From assembly GCA_040217195.1 (NCBI GenBank), contig JAVJNR010000002.1, forward strand, positions 512,001-576,000: a stretch of DNA of 64,000 bases, in the 5' to 3' direction. Positions 1 to 9,551 of this stretch are shown here, piece by piece. Source of the stretch: Leptospiraceae bacterium. Lineage in GTDB: Bacteria; Spirochaetota; Leptospiria; Leptospirales; Leptonemataceae. Every line of letters begins with the position of its first letter. Within the stretch, counting starts at the first letter, position 1. The notes under the pieces are model-generated. The model had not been told where the DNA came from. It made no database searches and was given only the letters and a program-made list of their open reading frames with translations. The translations under genes and the position numbers were made by a program.

Positions 1-408
1 ACCAGACCATTCGTATACTCCGGAGCGCCCTGGATGGATGCGGATTCTGTGCTGGCCGAGCTGCGACGCTTGAAGTTGCCGGGTGTGCGATTTGCCCGCA
101 CCGTGTTTACGCCCACAGCTTCTTTGTATCGCGGAATTACCTGTTACGGTATTCAGATTATTCCTGTGTCCTATGAATTCGATCCAATTCAAACAGGGTT
201 CGAATATATGAAGATTCTAAACAGGCTCCATCCGGAGTTTCGTTTCCAGATCCGAGGGTCCGGTCACTACTTTACAGATCATCTCTGGGGCGATGCCACC
301 TATCGTGAGGCAGTGCTGGAAGATGCAGATTTCAAGAAGTTTCGCAGAACCTATATTCAGGATGGCATCCACTTTGAACAGCTAACAGAAGATGTACGTC
401 TGTACTGA
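1..408 (+). CDS. DUF1343 / exo-beta-N-acetylmuramidase NamZ-like protein, C-terminal part (5' truncated)
   Basis: Frame open from base 1: TRPFVYSGAPWMD...LPGVRF..VFTPT.S.Y.G..C.GIQI resembles the DUF1343 C-terminus. Confidence 0.75.
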   Translation, partial: TRPFVYSGAPWMDADSVLAELRRLKLPGVRFARTVFTPTASLYRGITCYGIQIIPVSYEFDPIQTGFEYMKILNRLHPEFRFQIRGSGHYFTDHLWGDATYREAVLEDADFKKFRRTYIQDGIHFEQLTEDVRLY

Positions 409-568
409 ACTATCCGCCTACATCCGTCCTGTCTAAGGGCTTGCAGTTCTTGATTATCGCCATTAAGGAATAAAGGATTGCAGGTAGTTGTCCCGGATTT
501 GGATCGTTCCATTTTAGAAAGATTCGGTGTTGACCGGAATCTTTTGGAAGTACAAATTCATTGTCATA

Positions 569-2170
569 ATGGCTGAACCAGGAAGTGCAAAGAAAATATT
601 TCAGAAGGTCTCCTCATCGCCCACCAGACCTCCTTCGGAGAAAAAGGAAGCCAGGTTTGATGTAGCGGATCTCTATGAAGGTCCGGCCTCCACCGGTGCA
701 GAAACGTCTCGAGTGACAGGCCTGGATGAGAAGCTTCGTCAGGCCTATTTCTGGATCGTTAACAATGCCATCATTTCGCCTTTCTATGATATAGAGTATA
801 ACGAAGAACCTCCTACTACGTTTTCTATCGGAGACCGGAAGACCACTCTTAGTTTGCCCACTGCTCAGAGCTACTCCAGTTTTGTATTGATGCCTTTGCT
901 CAATCTGGCTGTGCGAAGAAGGTGCCTCTTTGTGGGCGGACCCGGGCGAGGAAAAACTGCCAGCGCCATCCTCATGGGAGTGCTGGCCGGATATTCGCTT
1001 ACAGAGATTCGCCGAGCCATTCAGCATGGTCAGCCAGAGATGACAGTAACCGACCTTCTGGGCAATCCCATTCCGTCGGACTTGATGAAAGCCAGTTCCA
1101 TGGATGAAGTTCGCATTTCCTGGAGAAAGTGGCTTGGGATGCGGGTAAAGATCATCGATGAATACAATCGAATTCCCACAAGGACTCAGTCTGCTCTACT
1201 GACTGTTCTGGCAGATAACTATGCCGAGGTTCTGGATCAGATATATGAATGTCCGGAGGCTGCCTGGTATCTCACGGCCAACGACGACGCAGGTGGAGGA
1301 ACCTATAAGGTCATTGAGGCATTGCAGGATCGAATCGACATTGTAGTCCATGCATTGCACTTTAATACCAGGTTTATTGGCGATCTATTGATGAGAATTG
1401 AGGCTGGCATCTCTCCGGAAAAGATGGTACCAGAAAGCATTGTATTCACGGAATCCGAACTGGCGCAAATGAATACAGACATACTGGCTGTTCCAATTTC
1501 CTCCGATCTAATGCGAAGGGTGGAATTCTTCGCATCCCACTTCGAATTCTTTGAATCTGCCGGCGAACAGCTGGAGTATAAAACGAAGGACAATGTTAAG
1601 CTTTCCGGACTGGATCTTTCACATTTGATGCTGGAGGAAACGGGACGGGACTTGATCAAGGACCTGGGAAGTCAGACAAAGAATGGTTTATCTGTAAGGG
1701 CCATAATGACCTGTCTGGTATTTGCCAAGGCCATTGCTTACTTTCGTGGCCAACCTGAAGTCTCATACGAAGATTTTCGTCAGATGCTGCCATTTGTATT
1801 GCATGATAAGCTTGCCCAGAATTCGGAGTCTCCTTTCTTCGAAGGAAGCAACCATAGCATTTATCGTGTAGATCGAATCGGGTGGATTCGCAAACTATTC
1901 GATCTATCATCCTCCGAATTTGATCGTATTGGTCTGGAAAAAGACGATCCGGTAGCTCGCCTGACAGAGCAGTTCGATGAAGGCCTGGATGGATTGAGCG
2001 AGAAAGATACTCGTGCAAGACTGGCTACCATCGAGAAAACCATACAGGACTTAATCAAATCCAGAAAGCTCTATGGTCATGTCTTTGATGACATTCTGAA
2101 ACTCAAATATCTACACCAGAGATACACCAACTATTTGACCTGGTTGCAATGGTCCTCCGGACAGTCCTGA
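569..2170 (+). CDS. MoxR-family AAA+ ATPase with C-terminal helical extension
   Basis: Walker A GGPGRGKT, Walker B IIDEYNR followed by QSALL, TAN sensor 1, EALQDR; ATG 569 preferred over 527. Confidence 0.85.
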   Translation: MAEPGSAKKIFQKVSSSPTRPPSEKKEARFDVADLYEGPASTGAETSRVTGLDEKLRQAYFWIVNNAIISPFYDIEYNEEPPTTFSIGDRKTTLSLPTAQSYSSFVLMPLLNLAVRRRCLFVGGPGRGKTASAILMGVLAGYSLTEIRRAIQHGQPEMTVTDLLGNPIPSDLMKASSMDEVRISWRKWLGMRVKIIDEYNRIPTRTQSALLTVLADNYAEVLDQIYECPEAAWYLTANDDAGGGTYKVIEALQDRIDIVVHALHFNTRFIGDLLMRIEAGISPEKMVPESIVFTESELAQMNTDILAVPISSDLMRRVEFFASHFEFFESAGEQLEYKTKDNVKLSGLDLSHLMLEETGRDLIKDLGSQTKNGLSVRAIMTCLVFAKAIAYFRGQPEVSYEDFRQMLPFVLHDKLAQNSESPFFEGSNHSIYRVDRIGWIRKLFDLSSSEFDRIGLEKDDPVARLTEQFDEGLDGLSEKDTRARLATIEKTIQDLIKSRKLYGHVFDDILKLKYLHQRYTNYLTWLQWSSGQS

Positions 2171-2215
2171 GTTCTATTACCGGGATGGAAAATGGAAGGA
2201 TGAAACCCAAGAAGT

Positions 2216-3250
2216 ATGGTAGAGGAAAAGCAAACTGAATCTACGAGTCTGGAGAGCTTCCTCCGTAATCATCGAGATGAGCTCAACCAGGAATTCAGGA
2301 TGGCCTGGCTACAGAACCGAAAGCTCAACGGGCAGCAGTTTCTGCAAGATTTTCAGAGCCTCGCCAATTCGTTTTTGAGTAAGTCATCTATTAGCGGAGT
2401 GGATATAGAATCCGGGTTAAGGACGATTTACCAGGTGCTTCTAAGGGTCCATCCCGGTCGAAGCTGGAACGAGAAGAATGCCAGTCTTCTGATGGCTGCA
2501 GTGTCTACATTTCCTGCGATGACAGGCAGGCATGGAACGGACTTTCTGTCTAGAATCTTCAATGCCAGCTTTTCTATGGTCGAACGCTCACTGGAACCGG
2601 AGAAATGGTGGCAACTGCTTTCAAAGTTGTCCTTCAGGGACTCGCATTATGCCGGCGAAGCTCCCGGGCGATTCTTTAGAATTGCTGCATCCATTTCTTA
2701 TCTTGCTGGAATGACTCATCTCCGGGACAGCGCAATTTCCCAGCTGCAGAATCTAGATGCAGAGGAATGCCAGGCGCTATTTCCTCGGGCGGAACCACAG
2801 AAACTCAAACTGTGGCTAGGGCGTCTTCTGGATGATCCCTGGGCCGATCAAAATATATCGCCTTTGCTTATTGGTGGCTATCAAGGGTTTACAGATAATC
2901 CAATGATCCAGGCGCGTCAGGGATTTGCAAGGCCGCCAGTAATGGTCGGGGTTTCTGCCACATACAATGTTCCCCTGGTTTCAGATTCGAATCGGTTTTT
3001 TCTAATTTTTGCGGATCGGTTCGGTGCGCAGATAGTTCCCGTAGGGGAATCGGTTGCCAATTCAATAGCCCCTGATGGACGGCCGGAGAAAATCAGAGCC
3101 TCCAGGGAGGTTCTCAATTCTGCGCATTCAATTCTGAACAAGAGTAAACTACCAATGCCCGCTCGATTCCAGAGTCATATTATCTGGAAAAAGACCTTAT
3201 TCGCAGTGAGCGAAGACAGTCATTTTATCTGGGTGGTGCCGGTAAAATGA
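2216..3250 (+). CDS. Hypothetical protein of the MoxR-VWA cluster
   Basis: 344-aa ORF; ATGA overlap with the VWA gene; no recognised domain. Confidence 0.8.
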   Translation: MVEEKQTESTSLESFLRNHRDELNQEFRMAWLQNRKLNGQQFLQDFQSLANSFLSKSSISGVDIESGLRTIYQVLLRVHPGRSWNEKNASLLMAAVSTFPAMTGRHGTDFLSRIFNASFSMVERSLEPEKWWQLLSKLSFRDSHYAGEAPGRFFRIAASISYLAGMTHLRDSAISQLQNLDAEECQALFPRAEPQKLKLWLGRLLDDPWADQNISPLLIGGYQGFTDNPMIQARQGFARPPVMVGVSATYNVPLVSDSNRFFLIFADRFGAQIVPVGESVANSIAPDGRPEKIRASREVLNSAHSILNKSKLPMPARFQSHIIWKKTLFAVSEDSHFIWVVPVK

Positions 3251-4983
3251 GCGATGCGGAGAAATGGCTGGAGGACTGGCCCCGAGCTCTAAACCTCTGG
3301 GGGCGTTATATTAAGTTGCAGGATCCGAGTTTGACTCGGCGAAAGAGGATACCGGGAAAAAAGACCGCCACACCTCTGGCCTATATTGATCTGGAAAAAA
3401 AGCAGGTAGTAGTTGGACTATCTGAGGTGGAACGACTTAACCTTGAGGACTTCAGGCTGGAGATTCTGGCGCATGAGATTGGACATCATGTTTTCGCACC
3501 AGGAGATTTACTGGATGCGGCGCGATGCATGGCTCGAATCCAGAGAGCTTTAAGGGAATATTCGGCCGAAAGCGGTCTGATACTCAATCTGTATACGGAC
3601 CTTCTGATAAACCATCGTCTGCAAAGTCAGGGATTGGTCATGGATCAGATATATGCCAGGATAAACCAGGCCTCCCAGGGCGCCGATCAGTTGTGGAGTC
3701 TGTACATGAGGATCTACGAAATTCTCTGGTCGCTAAGTCCTGGAACATTGACTGAAAAGGTGGAGTCCGAAATGGAAGGCGATGCAGCGGTGGCTGCTCA
3801 GGTTATTCGCTCCTTTGCTACAGATATTGTAAGAGGAAGCGGAATGTTTGCTGCCATCTGTTATTACTATTTGAAAGCAGATGGCTCTGCCGCTACGCGA
3901 ACAAACATGAAGCCTCTACTGGATTCCGAGCATGTTTCATCAGGTGATATTATCCCGGATGGACTTGTATCCATGGAAGAGGGAGAAGAAGAGGAATGTA
4001 GCTATCCAGATTTTGATGAAAATGGACAATGGAAGTCTGCCTCCGATACGGATAATGCACCGGAGGGCCAGAGCAAGGGCGACGCAGAGGGGCAAAGTCG
4101 CATCCCGCTGGATTATTACAATATTCTGAAAGCGATGGGCATTGAAGTCAGTCAGGAGCAAGCCACCAATCGATTCTACAGAGAAAAAGCCAGGCCTTAT
4201 TTGATTCCCTTTCCGGTGGCTGAAAGCCAGGAGTCTACCGAGCCATTGTTAGAAGGGTATGAGATCTGGCAGCCGGGACAAATGCTGGAAAGGATTAACT
4301 GGTTCCAAACCCTGATGCGAAGCCCGGTAGTCATCCCGGGTTATACAACGGTTCAAAACAGGTATGGCACCTCGGAAGGACAGCGTGAAGGTCAGAGCCC
4401 CATTGATCTGGATATTTATGTAGATTGTTCCGGTAGCATGCCCCGTCCATCAATGCGACTTTCTTACCCGGCACTGGCTGGCACCATTGTGGCCCTTTCT
4501 GCACTTCGAACAGGATCCTCTGTGCAGGCCACTCTTTGGAGTGGTCCGAATCAGGTTCAAATCACCGATGGTTTTGTGCGTGATGAAGATCAGATCCTTT
4601 CGGTGCTAACCGGCTACATTGGTGGCGGTACTTCTTTTCCATTACAAATTCTACGAAAGACGTACCTGGAGCATCCTTTGCCGGGACGAAAAGTCCATAT
4701 CCTGGTAATCAGCGATTATGGAGTGGACACAATGCTTCAAAATGATGAACTTGGAAATAGCGGCAAAGACATTGCCAGGAAGGCCCTGGAATGTGCAGGC
4801 GGCGGAGGTACATTCGCACTGGAGCTCTATACAAGTTGGGAGCAAAACAAAAGGCTGAAGGAGGCTGCCTCCCTGGGTTTCAATATTCATTCGGTTACTT
4901 CAGCTCAGGAGCTCACTGGCTTTGCCCGACGTTTTGTTCAGGAAAACTATAGAAATGGAAAATCAATCAGAAGCACTCATTGA
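3247..4983 (+). CDS. HEXXH metallopeptidase-like plus VWA domain protein
   Basis: HEIGH near 3472, acidic linker, MIDAS motif VDCSGS, GGGT, ISD. Confidence 0.85.
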   Translation: MSDAEKWLEDWPRALNLWGRYIKLQDPSLTRRKRIPGKKTATPLAYIDLEKKQVVVGLSEVERLNLEDFRLEILAHEIGHHVFAPGDLLDAARCMARIQRALREYSAESGLILNLYTDLLINHRLQSQGLVMDQIYARINQASQGADQLWSLYMRIYEILWSLSPGTLTEKVESEMEGDAAVAAQVIRSFATDIVRGSGMFAAICYYYLKADGSAATRTNMKPLLDSEHVSSGDIIPDGLVSMEEGEEEECSYPDFDENGQWKSASDTDNAPEGQSKGDAEGQSRIPLDYYNILKAMGIEVSQEQATNRFYREKARPYLIPFPVAESQESTEPLLEGYEIWQPGQMLERINWFQTLMRSPVVIPGYTTVQNRYGTSEGQREGQSPIDLDIYVDCSGSMPRPSMRLSYPALAGTIVALSALRTGSSVQATLWSGPNQVQITDGFVRDEDQILSVLTGYIGGGTSFPLQILRKTYLEHPLPGRKVHILVISDYGVDTMLQNDELGNSGKDIARKALECAGGGGTFALELYTSWEQNKRLKEAASLGFNIHSVTSAQELTGFARRFVQENYRNGKSIRSTH

Positions 4984-5641
4984 TGGAGGTAACTGGTCTG
5001 AAAGACTCATTCAAATTGCGATCTGGTTATCGGTCATTACAATAGGCTACAATGTTGTGGAAGGGGTGATCGCTCTGGTGCTCGGGGGCAGGGATGAAAC
5101 TCTGGCTCTTATGGGCTTTGGAATAGACAGTTTTGTGGAAGTTCTCTCTGCCATTGGCATATTGCATATGACACTGAGAATGCGAAAGGAGGGCCCAGGC
5201 ACTACGGCCAGAAAGGAATTCGAGAAACGAGCCCTTCGAATCACAGCCATTTCTTTTTTTGTTCTGGTGGCCGGTATTGTAGCTGCATCAGCCTTGCAGG
5301 TAATGTATCAAGTACCTCCGGAATCCACGTTCTGGGGAATGGTAGTTACCGGAATTAGTATGCTTGGCATGGGATTTCTAATTCATGGAAAAACATCTGT
5401 GGGTAACCGGCTGAACTCTCCAGCCATCCTGGCCGATGCGAATTGCTCTAGAAGCTGTCTTTATCTTTCAGCCGCAGTTTTCATTTCTGGACTACTCTAC
5501 GAATGGACGGGCATACTTTACGCGGATACCCTGGGCGCCCTGGCTGTTGCCTTTTTCGCATTCAAGGAAGGCCGGGAATCTATGATGAAATCCAGGGACG
5601 ATAGTCTGTCCTGCGGTTGCCACGATGACTGTCAGACCTGA
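4955..5641 (+). CDS. Cation diffusion facilitator (CDF) family transporter lacking the cytosolic C-terminal domain
   Basis: YNVVEG, LALMGFGIDSFVE, EKRALR, LNSPAILADA, YADTLGAL; about 6 TM; SCGCHDDC tail. Confidence 0.8.
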   Translation: MENQSEALIDGGNWSERLIQIAIWLSVITIGYNVVEGVIALVLGGRDETLALMGFGIDSFVEVLSAIGILHMTLRMRKEGPGTTARKEFEKRALRITAISFFVLVAGIVAASALQVMYQVPPESTFWGMVVTGISMLGMGFLIHGKTSVGNRLNSPAILADANCSRSCLYLSAAVFISGLLYEWTGILYADTLGALAVAFFAFKEGRESMMKSRDDSLSCGCHDDCQT

Positions 5642-6438
5642 AAGGCATTGTCCAGGATCATCATCAGAGCAAATCCAATCATTAACCCTGCGGTGGCCTG
5701 GTGTTCAAAGCCATTCTTTTGCGTTTCCGGTATCATTTCGCTGCTAATAATATAGAGCATGGCGCCGCCTGAGGCGGACAAACCCCAGGGAAGCATCGCT
5801 GAGCTGAAACCAATGGCTGTGGCTCCCAGAAACACTCCCAGAGACTCAACAAGTCCGGTGGCCAGAGTCACCAGAATAGCTGTCCGCGAGGTGAAACCTT
5901 CTGCAATTAAGGCCAGCCCTACAATCATACCTTCAGGAATATTTTGCAGCCCAATGCCAGCCATTAGTGGTAATGAAATGGACTCCTCTCCTGAAGCTGC
6001 CCCCACGCCCAGAGCCATACCTTCGGGAAAGTTATGGATGCCCACAGCGAATATAAAGAGCCATAATCGACGAATAGATTCGCTATTGGAACCTTCTGCG
6101 CCGCGAAAGAAGTGTTCATGAGGAACAAAACGATTGGTTAAATGAAGAAAAGCTCCTCCCATCAGTAAACCCAGAACAGCCATCCCGGCGCTGGCCAGAG
6201 CTGATGCTTGCTCAAAATGATCCATCGCTGGCAAAATCAAAGAAAAGAACGTAGCGCCTAACATCACTCCGGCACAGACGCCCATGGTGACATCGTGCAG
6301 ACGGGCGGAAAAACGAACCTGCAGCAGAACCGGTAATGCACCCAGCCCGGTTGAAAAGAAGGCAATTGCCGCACCCAGAAGTACCTGATTATTCCAGATT
6401 TCGCTCCAGCCCACGGAATAAAGGAAAGGCCTGCGCAT
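5632..6438 (-). CDS. ZIP (GufA/ZupT-like) divalent metal transporter
   Basis: AGVMLGATFFSL, PHEHF loop, HNFPEG, QNIPEG, GAMLYIISSEMIPE; start uncertain. Confidence 0.9.
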   Translation of the reverse strand: MRRPFLYSVGWSEIWNNQVLLGAAIAFFSTGLGALPVLLQVRFSARLHDVTMGVCAGVMLGATFFSLILPAMDHFEQASALASAGMAVLGLLMGGAFLHLTNRFVPHEHFFRGAEGSNSESIRRLWLFIFAVGIHNFPEGMALGVGAASGEESISLPLMAGIGLQNIPEGMIVGLALIAEGFTSRTAILVTLATGLVESLGVFLGATAIGFSSAMLPWGLSASGGAMLYIISSEMIPETQKNGFEHQATAGLMIGFALMMILDNAFQV

Positions 6439-6535
6439 TCTCCGGTCAAGGTTTAACGTATATTGAATCTTTCAATGCCTGAAAATCCCTCCGCCCATTG
6501 CAGTGTCCGGGCTACAGCCAGAATTGAAAATTACT

Positions 6536-6555
6536 GGTCATTCTACGGAATGACC
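6536..6555. promoter_or_regulatory. Inverted repeat GGTCATTC-TACG-GAATGACC between divergent genes (possible operator)
   Basis: Perfect 8-bp arms with 4-nt spacer, 11 bp upstream of the ATG at 6567. Confidence 0.4.
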
Positions 6556-6566
6556 TGATTCAATGG

Positions 6567-7163
6567 ATGGTCTTGCGGCCTATGTCAATTCAGGAAATAG
6601 ACATTCATCAATTAATGCGAAGGCTTTCGGGTTGTCCTTCTAGCATCTATGGCTTTTCAGGTCTGGAAGCCCGGGGACCGGTACCTGTGGCTATAGCTCA
6701 GGACACTGTTTTTCATCTTGGTGGCTCCGCCCTAGATGGAAAAACCAGAGAGTCCCTTTTGCAAATGCAGGCTCATCGACCGGAAGAAGCGGCATTTATG
6801 ATGCTGGGTTGCTTCCTCATTTCTGACTCTGTCTTCTACCAGAGATCCGATCTTCTGGATGGCTGTATTTCCCTCCTATTGAAAGGGTTTTCAGATCTGG
6901 CAGCCGTTTCCCGGGCAGCGGATTTTGTATCGAATACGGACAGACGCGAAGAGTTTGTCCGTCTCTGTCTCAACCATTTGCAGCTACGGCCTTCCGGGGA
7001 GAGCAAAGAGATGTTCAAGAATCGATGGGAATCGCTGGATACAGTGCATCGCGTGGCTTTGATGCAAAAGGCAGCTGAGCTTCGCAAAAGGCAGGAAGAG
7101 TTGCGAAAAGCGATGGAGCGAAAGGCCGCCGAGGAGGCAGCCTCCAAGTGGTCCAGGGAATAA
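6567..7163 (+). CDS. Hypothetical protein with C-terminal coiled coil
   Basis: 198 aa; DRREE..R..L..L.LRP.GES and charged helical tail ending KWSRE; 1 bp before the ligase gene. Confidence 0.8.
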   Translation: MVLRPMSIQEIDIHQLMRRLSGCPSSIYGFSGLEARGPVPVAIAQDTVFHLGGSALDGKTRESLLQMQAHRPEEAAFMMLGCFLISDSVFYQRSDLLDGCISLLLKGFSDLAAVSRAADFVSNTDRREEFVRLCLNHLQLRPSGESKEMFKNRWESLDTVHRVALMQKAAELRKRQEELRKAMERKAAEEAASKWSRE

Positions 7164-7164
7164 A

Positions 7165-8526
7165 ATGAGAAATCTAGAGGAAATAAAATCCCGCATTCCA
7201 ATGATTCAGGATTATCATTTTGAACTCTATCGTCGCATAGTAGAGAATCCCGCTGCACCGGCATTCAATTCGCAGTGCGGCGATCGATTGCAGGAATTGG
7301 ATTTTGAGATACTGGACCAATTCAATAGCGATCTTAAGAGAGCAGAGATTTACAAACCAGACACTGTATGGCTGGAAAGATACATAGAAACTCAAGCGCT
7401 CAACAGTCCTTATTTTTTCAGGTCCAGGGAAGCAGGCCTTGCAGATGCGCAAGTAATGACCAGAAATGATATTCGAGATAGATTGCACGAAATAGTGCCC
7501 TTGAATGCAGATCTAAGCGGACTCATATTGAATCCCACCAGCGGTACAACAGGAATGCCAGTCCAGGTTCCCAATACGCCCCTGGGCGTGGGGCATTATC
7601 AGCCAATTATTCTGGAAGCCATTCGCAGGCATGGCGTTGAACTAAATCCATCCAACGGGGATATGGCTGCCGTGCAGATTTGTTCCCAGAGACATACCAT
7701 GACATATGGAACTGTGCATGCCTATTACGATGGAGCAGGCTTTGCAAAAATCAATCTACCTCCAGAAGGCCGGGAGGCTCTTCTCGGTGATTGGAGTGCA
7801 AAAGATCATCCGGACCGATTCCTGAAGGATCTACGGCCAATGATTCTGTCCGGGGATCCATTTGCCTTCCAGGTTTATATGGATTACGGAATAGATTTTC
7901 ATCCCAGGGCCGTTCTCAGTACAGCGTCTACGTTGAGTGCTGAACTGCGAAATCGCATGGAATCCTATTTTGAATGTCCTGTTATTGATCTCTATTCCAG
8001 CAATGAAACCGGTCCTGTGGCTGCCAGTTGTTCGCAGCATTCCAATAGATTCCATCAGTTATCATCCGATATATTTCTTGAAGTACTATCGGACCAGGGA
8101 GTGGCGACCTCGGGGGAGGGGGAGTTACTGGTTTCCGGAGGTCGCAATCCCCTTCTTCCTTTGCTTCGATATAATACCGGGGATCGTTGCTATCTATCTC
8201 AGGAAGCCTGCAGTTGTGGCGCTCAGGGTTTCATGGAGGGCTTTCAGGGTCGACCCACGGTTTTCTTTCATTCAGCGGCAGGACGTCGCATTAATCCTCT
8301 GGACTTCGCCAGGATGCTGCGATTTGTGCCTGCGAAAAGACATCGACTTCAGCAGAATTCGGATGGCACCATGGATGTATTTGTAGATCCAGGCTCCTTC
8401 GAACTGGAAACCTACAGCGAAGAGATTGTGAAAAAGGGCATGGAACTACTGGCCGGAGGAATCGTGCGAGTGCATCCCTGGGATCCTGCTCTGGAGAAGG
8501 ATTATCCCTATGAGGTAGTGGAATGA
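7165..8526 (+). CDS. Adenylate-forming enzyme, phenylacetate-CoA ligase / CapK-like
   Basis: PTSGTTG P-loop, YSSNETG, PLLRYNTGD, GR hinge. Confidence 0.85.
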   Translation: MRNLEEIKSRIPMIQDYHFELYRRIVENPAAPAFNSQCGDRLQELDFEILDQFNSDLKRAEIYKPDTVWLERYIETQALNSPYFFRSREAGLADAQVMTRNDIRDRLHEIVPLNADLSGLILNPTSGTTGMPVQVPNTPLGVGHYQPIILEAIRRHGVELNPSNGDMAAVQICSQRHTMTYGTVHAYYDGAGFAKINLPPEGREALLGDWSAKDHPDRFLKDLRPMILSGDPFAFQVYMDYGIDFHPRAVLSTASTLSAELRNRMESYFECPVIDLYSSNETGPVAASCSQHSNRFHQLSSDIFLEVLSDQGVATSGEGELLVSGGRNPLLPLLRYNTGDRCYLSQEACSCGAQGFMEGFQGRPTVFFHSAAGRRINPLDFARMLRFVPAKRHRLQQNSDGTMDVFVDPGSFELETYSEEIVKKGMELLAGGIVRVHPWDPALEKDYPYEVVE

Positions 8527-9494
8527 TTCGAGGGCTGGTACTGGGAAAATTTCTTCCTCCCCACCAGGGTCATCTTCACCTAATTGAACAGGCCAGAAAG
8601 AATTGCGATCTATTAACGGTAGTAGTAGGTACGCTGCAACGCGAGCCCATTGAAGGAAATCTACGTTTTTTCTGGATGCAGCAGTTGTGCGATGGTTGCC
8701 GCGTAGTACATCTTACAGATGAGAATCCTCAATACCCGAATGAGCATCCAGATTTCTGGTCCATCTGGCGGCTAAGCCTGAAAAAGATGCATCCAGAGCC
8801 GGTGGACATATTGTTCTCTTCCGAGGATTATGGAGATCGTCTGGCCCAGGAATTAGACGCAAAGCACCATTCTATAGATCCAGACAGGAAAACGGTACCC
8901 ATCTCAGGTACAGAAATTCGCAGAAGGCCTATTTCCCATTACTCATTTATTCCATTACCGGTGCGACCCTACTTCAACAAGAAGATCGTTATTACGGGAG
9001 CGGAATCCACAGGAAAAACAACCACAGCCAGGCATCTTGCCAACCGTTTCCATACTCAGTGGGCCCATGAATATGCCAGGGAGTATCTGGATCATATGGG
9101 CCGGTTTGTAGAGAAGGATGATATTCCTTCCATCGCTCAAGGACAGATGGCGCTGGAAGATCGCGTACAACAGATGGCCAACCGGATCTATTTCTGCGAT
9201 ACGGATCTGATGGCCACCAGAATCTACAGTGAGCATTATTTTGCAGAATGTCCTTCTTTTATTCCCGATGAGCTTTCCAGGCGACTGGGAGATTTTTATA
9301 TCTTTTTGGACACTGACATACCCTGGGTTTCGGATCCTCAAAGGGATGCCGGACATCTTCGAACTGAGTTTAGACAACGATTTATAGATGAGTTAAAAAG
9401 GTATGATGTGGAGTATGCAATAATAGGTGGTAGCTTTACTGAGCGATTGAATGAGTCGGTTAATACAGTAAATGGGTTTCTGCAACGATTTTGA
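8523..9494 (+). CDS. nadR: NadR-type NMN adenylyltransferase / ribosylnicotinamide kinase without HTH
   Basis: GKFLPPHQGH, FSSEDYG, PISGTEIR, P-loop GAESTGKTT, EYAREY, FCDTD. Confidence 0.85.
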   Translation: MIRGLVLGKFLPPHQGHLHLIEQARKNCDLLTVVVGTLQREPIEGNLRFFWMQQLCDGCRVVHLTDENPQYPNEHPDFWSIWRLSLKKMHPEPVDILFSSEDYGDRLAQELDAKHHSIDPDRKTVPISGTEIRRRPISHYSFIPLPVRPYFNKKIVITGAESTGKTTTARHLANRFHTQWAHEYAREYLDHMGRFVEKDDIPSIAQGQMALEDRVQQMANRIYFCDTDLMATRIYSEHYFAECPSFIPDELSRRLGDFYIFLDTDIPWVSDPQRDAGHLRTEFRQRFIDELKRYDVEYAIIGGSFTERLNESVNTVNGFLQRF

Positions 9495-9551
9495 TTTCGC
9501 TTGACTTTCTTCTTTCCGCTGGTTGCTGTTAACTGCCATCGGAGAGAAAAA

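Noticed and set aside
518..544. Imperfect hairpin upstream of the MoxR gene
   Set aside because: Bulged AT-rich stem; cannot distinguish terminator, operator or chance
7165..8526. CapK-like gene as evidence of a capsule locus
   Set aside because: No glycosyltransferase, flippase or export genes nearby
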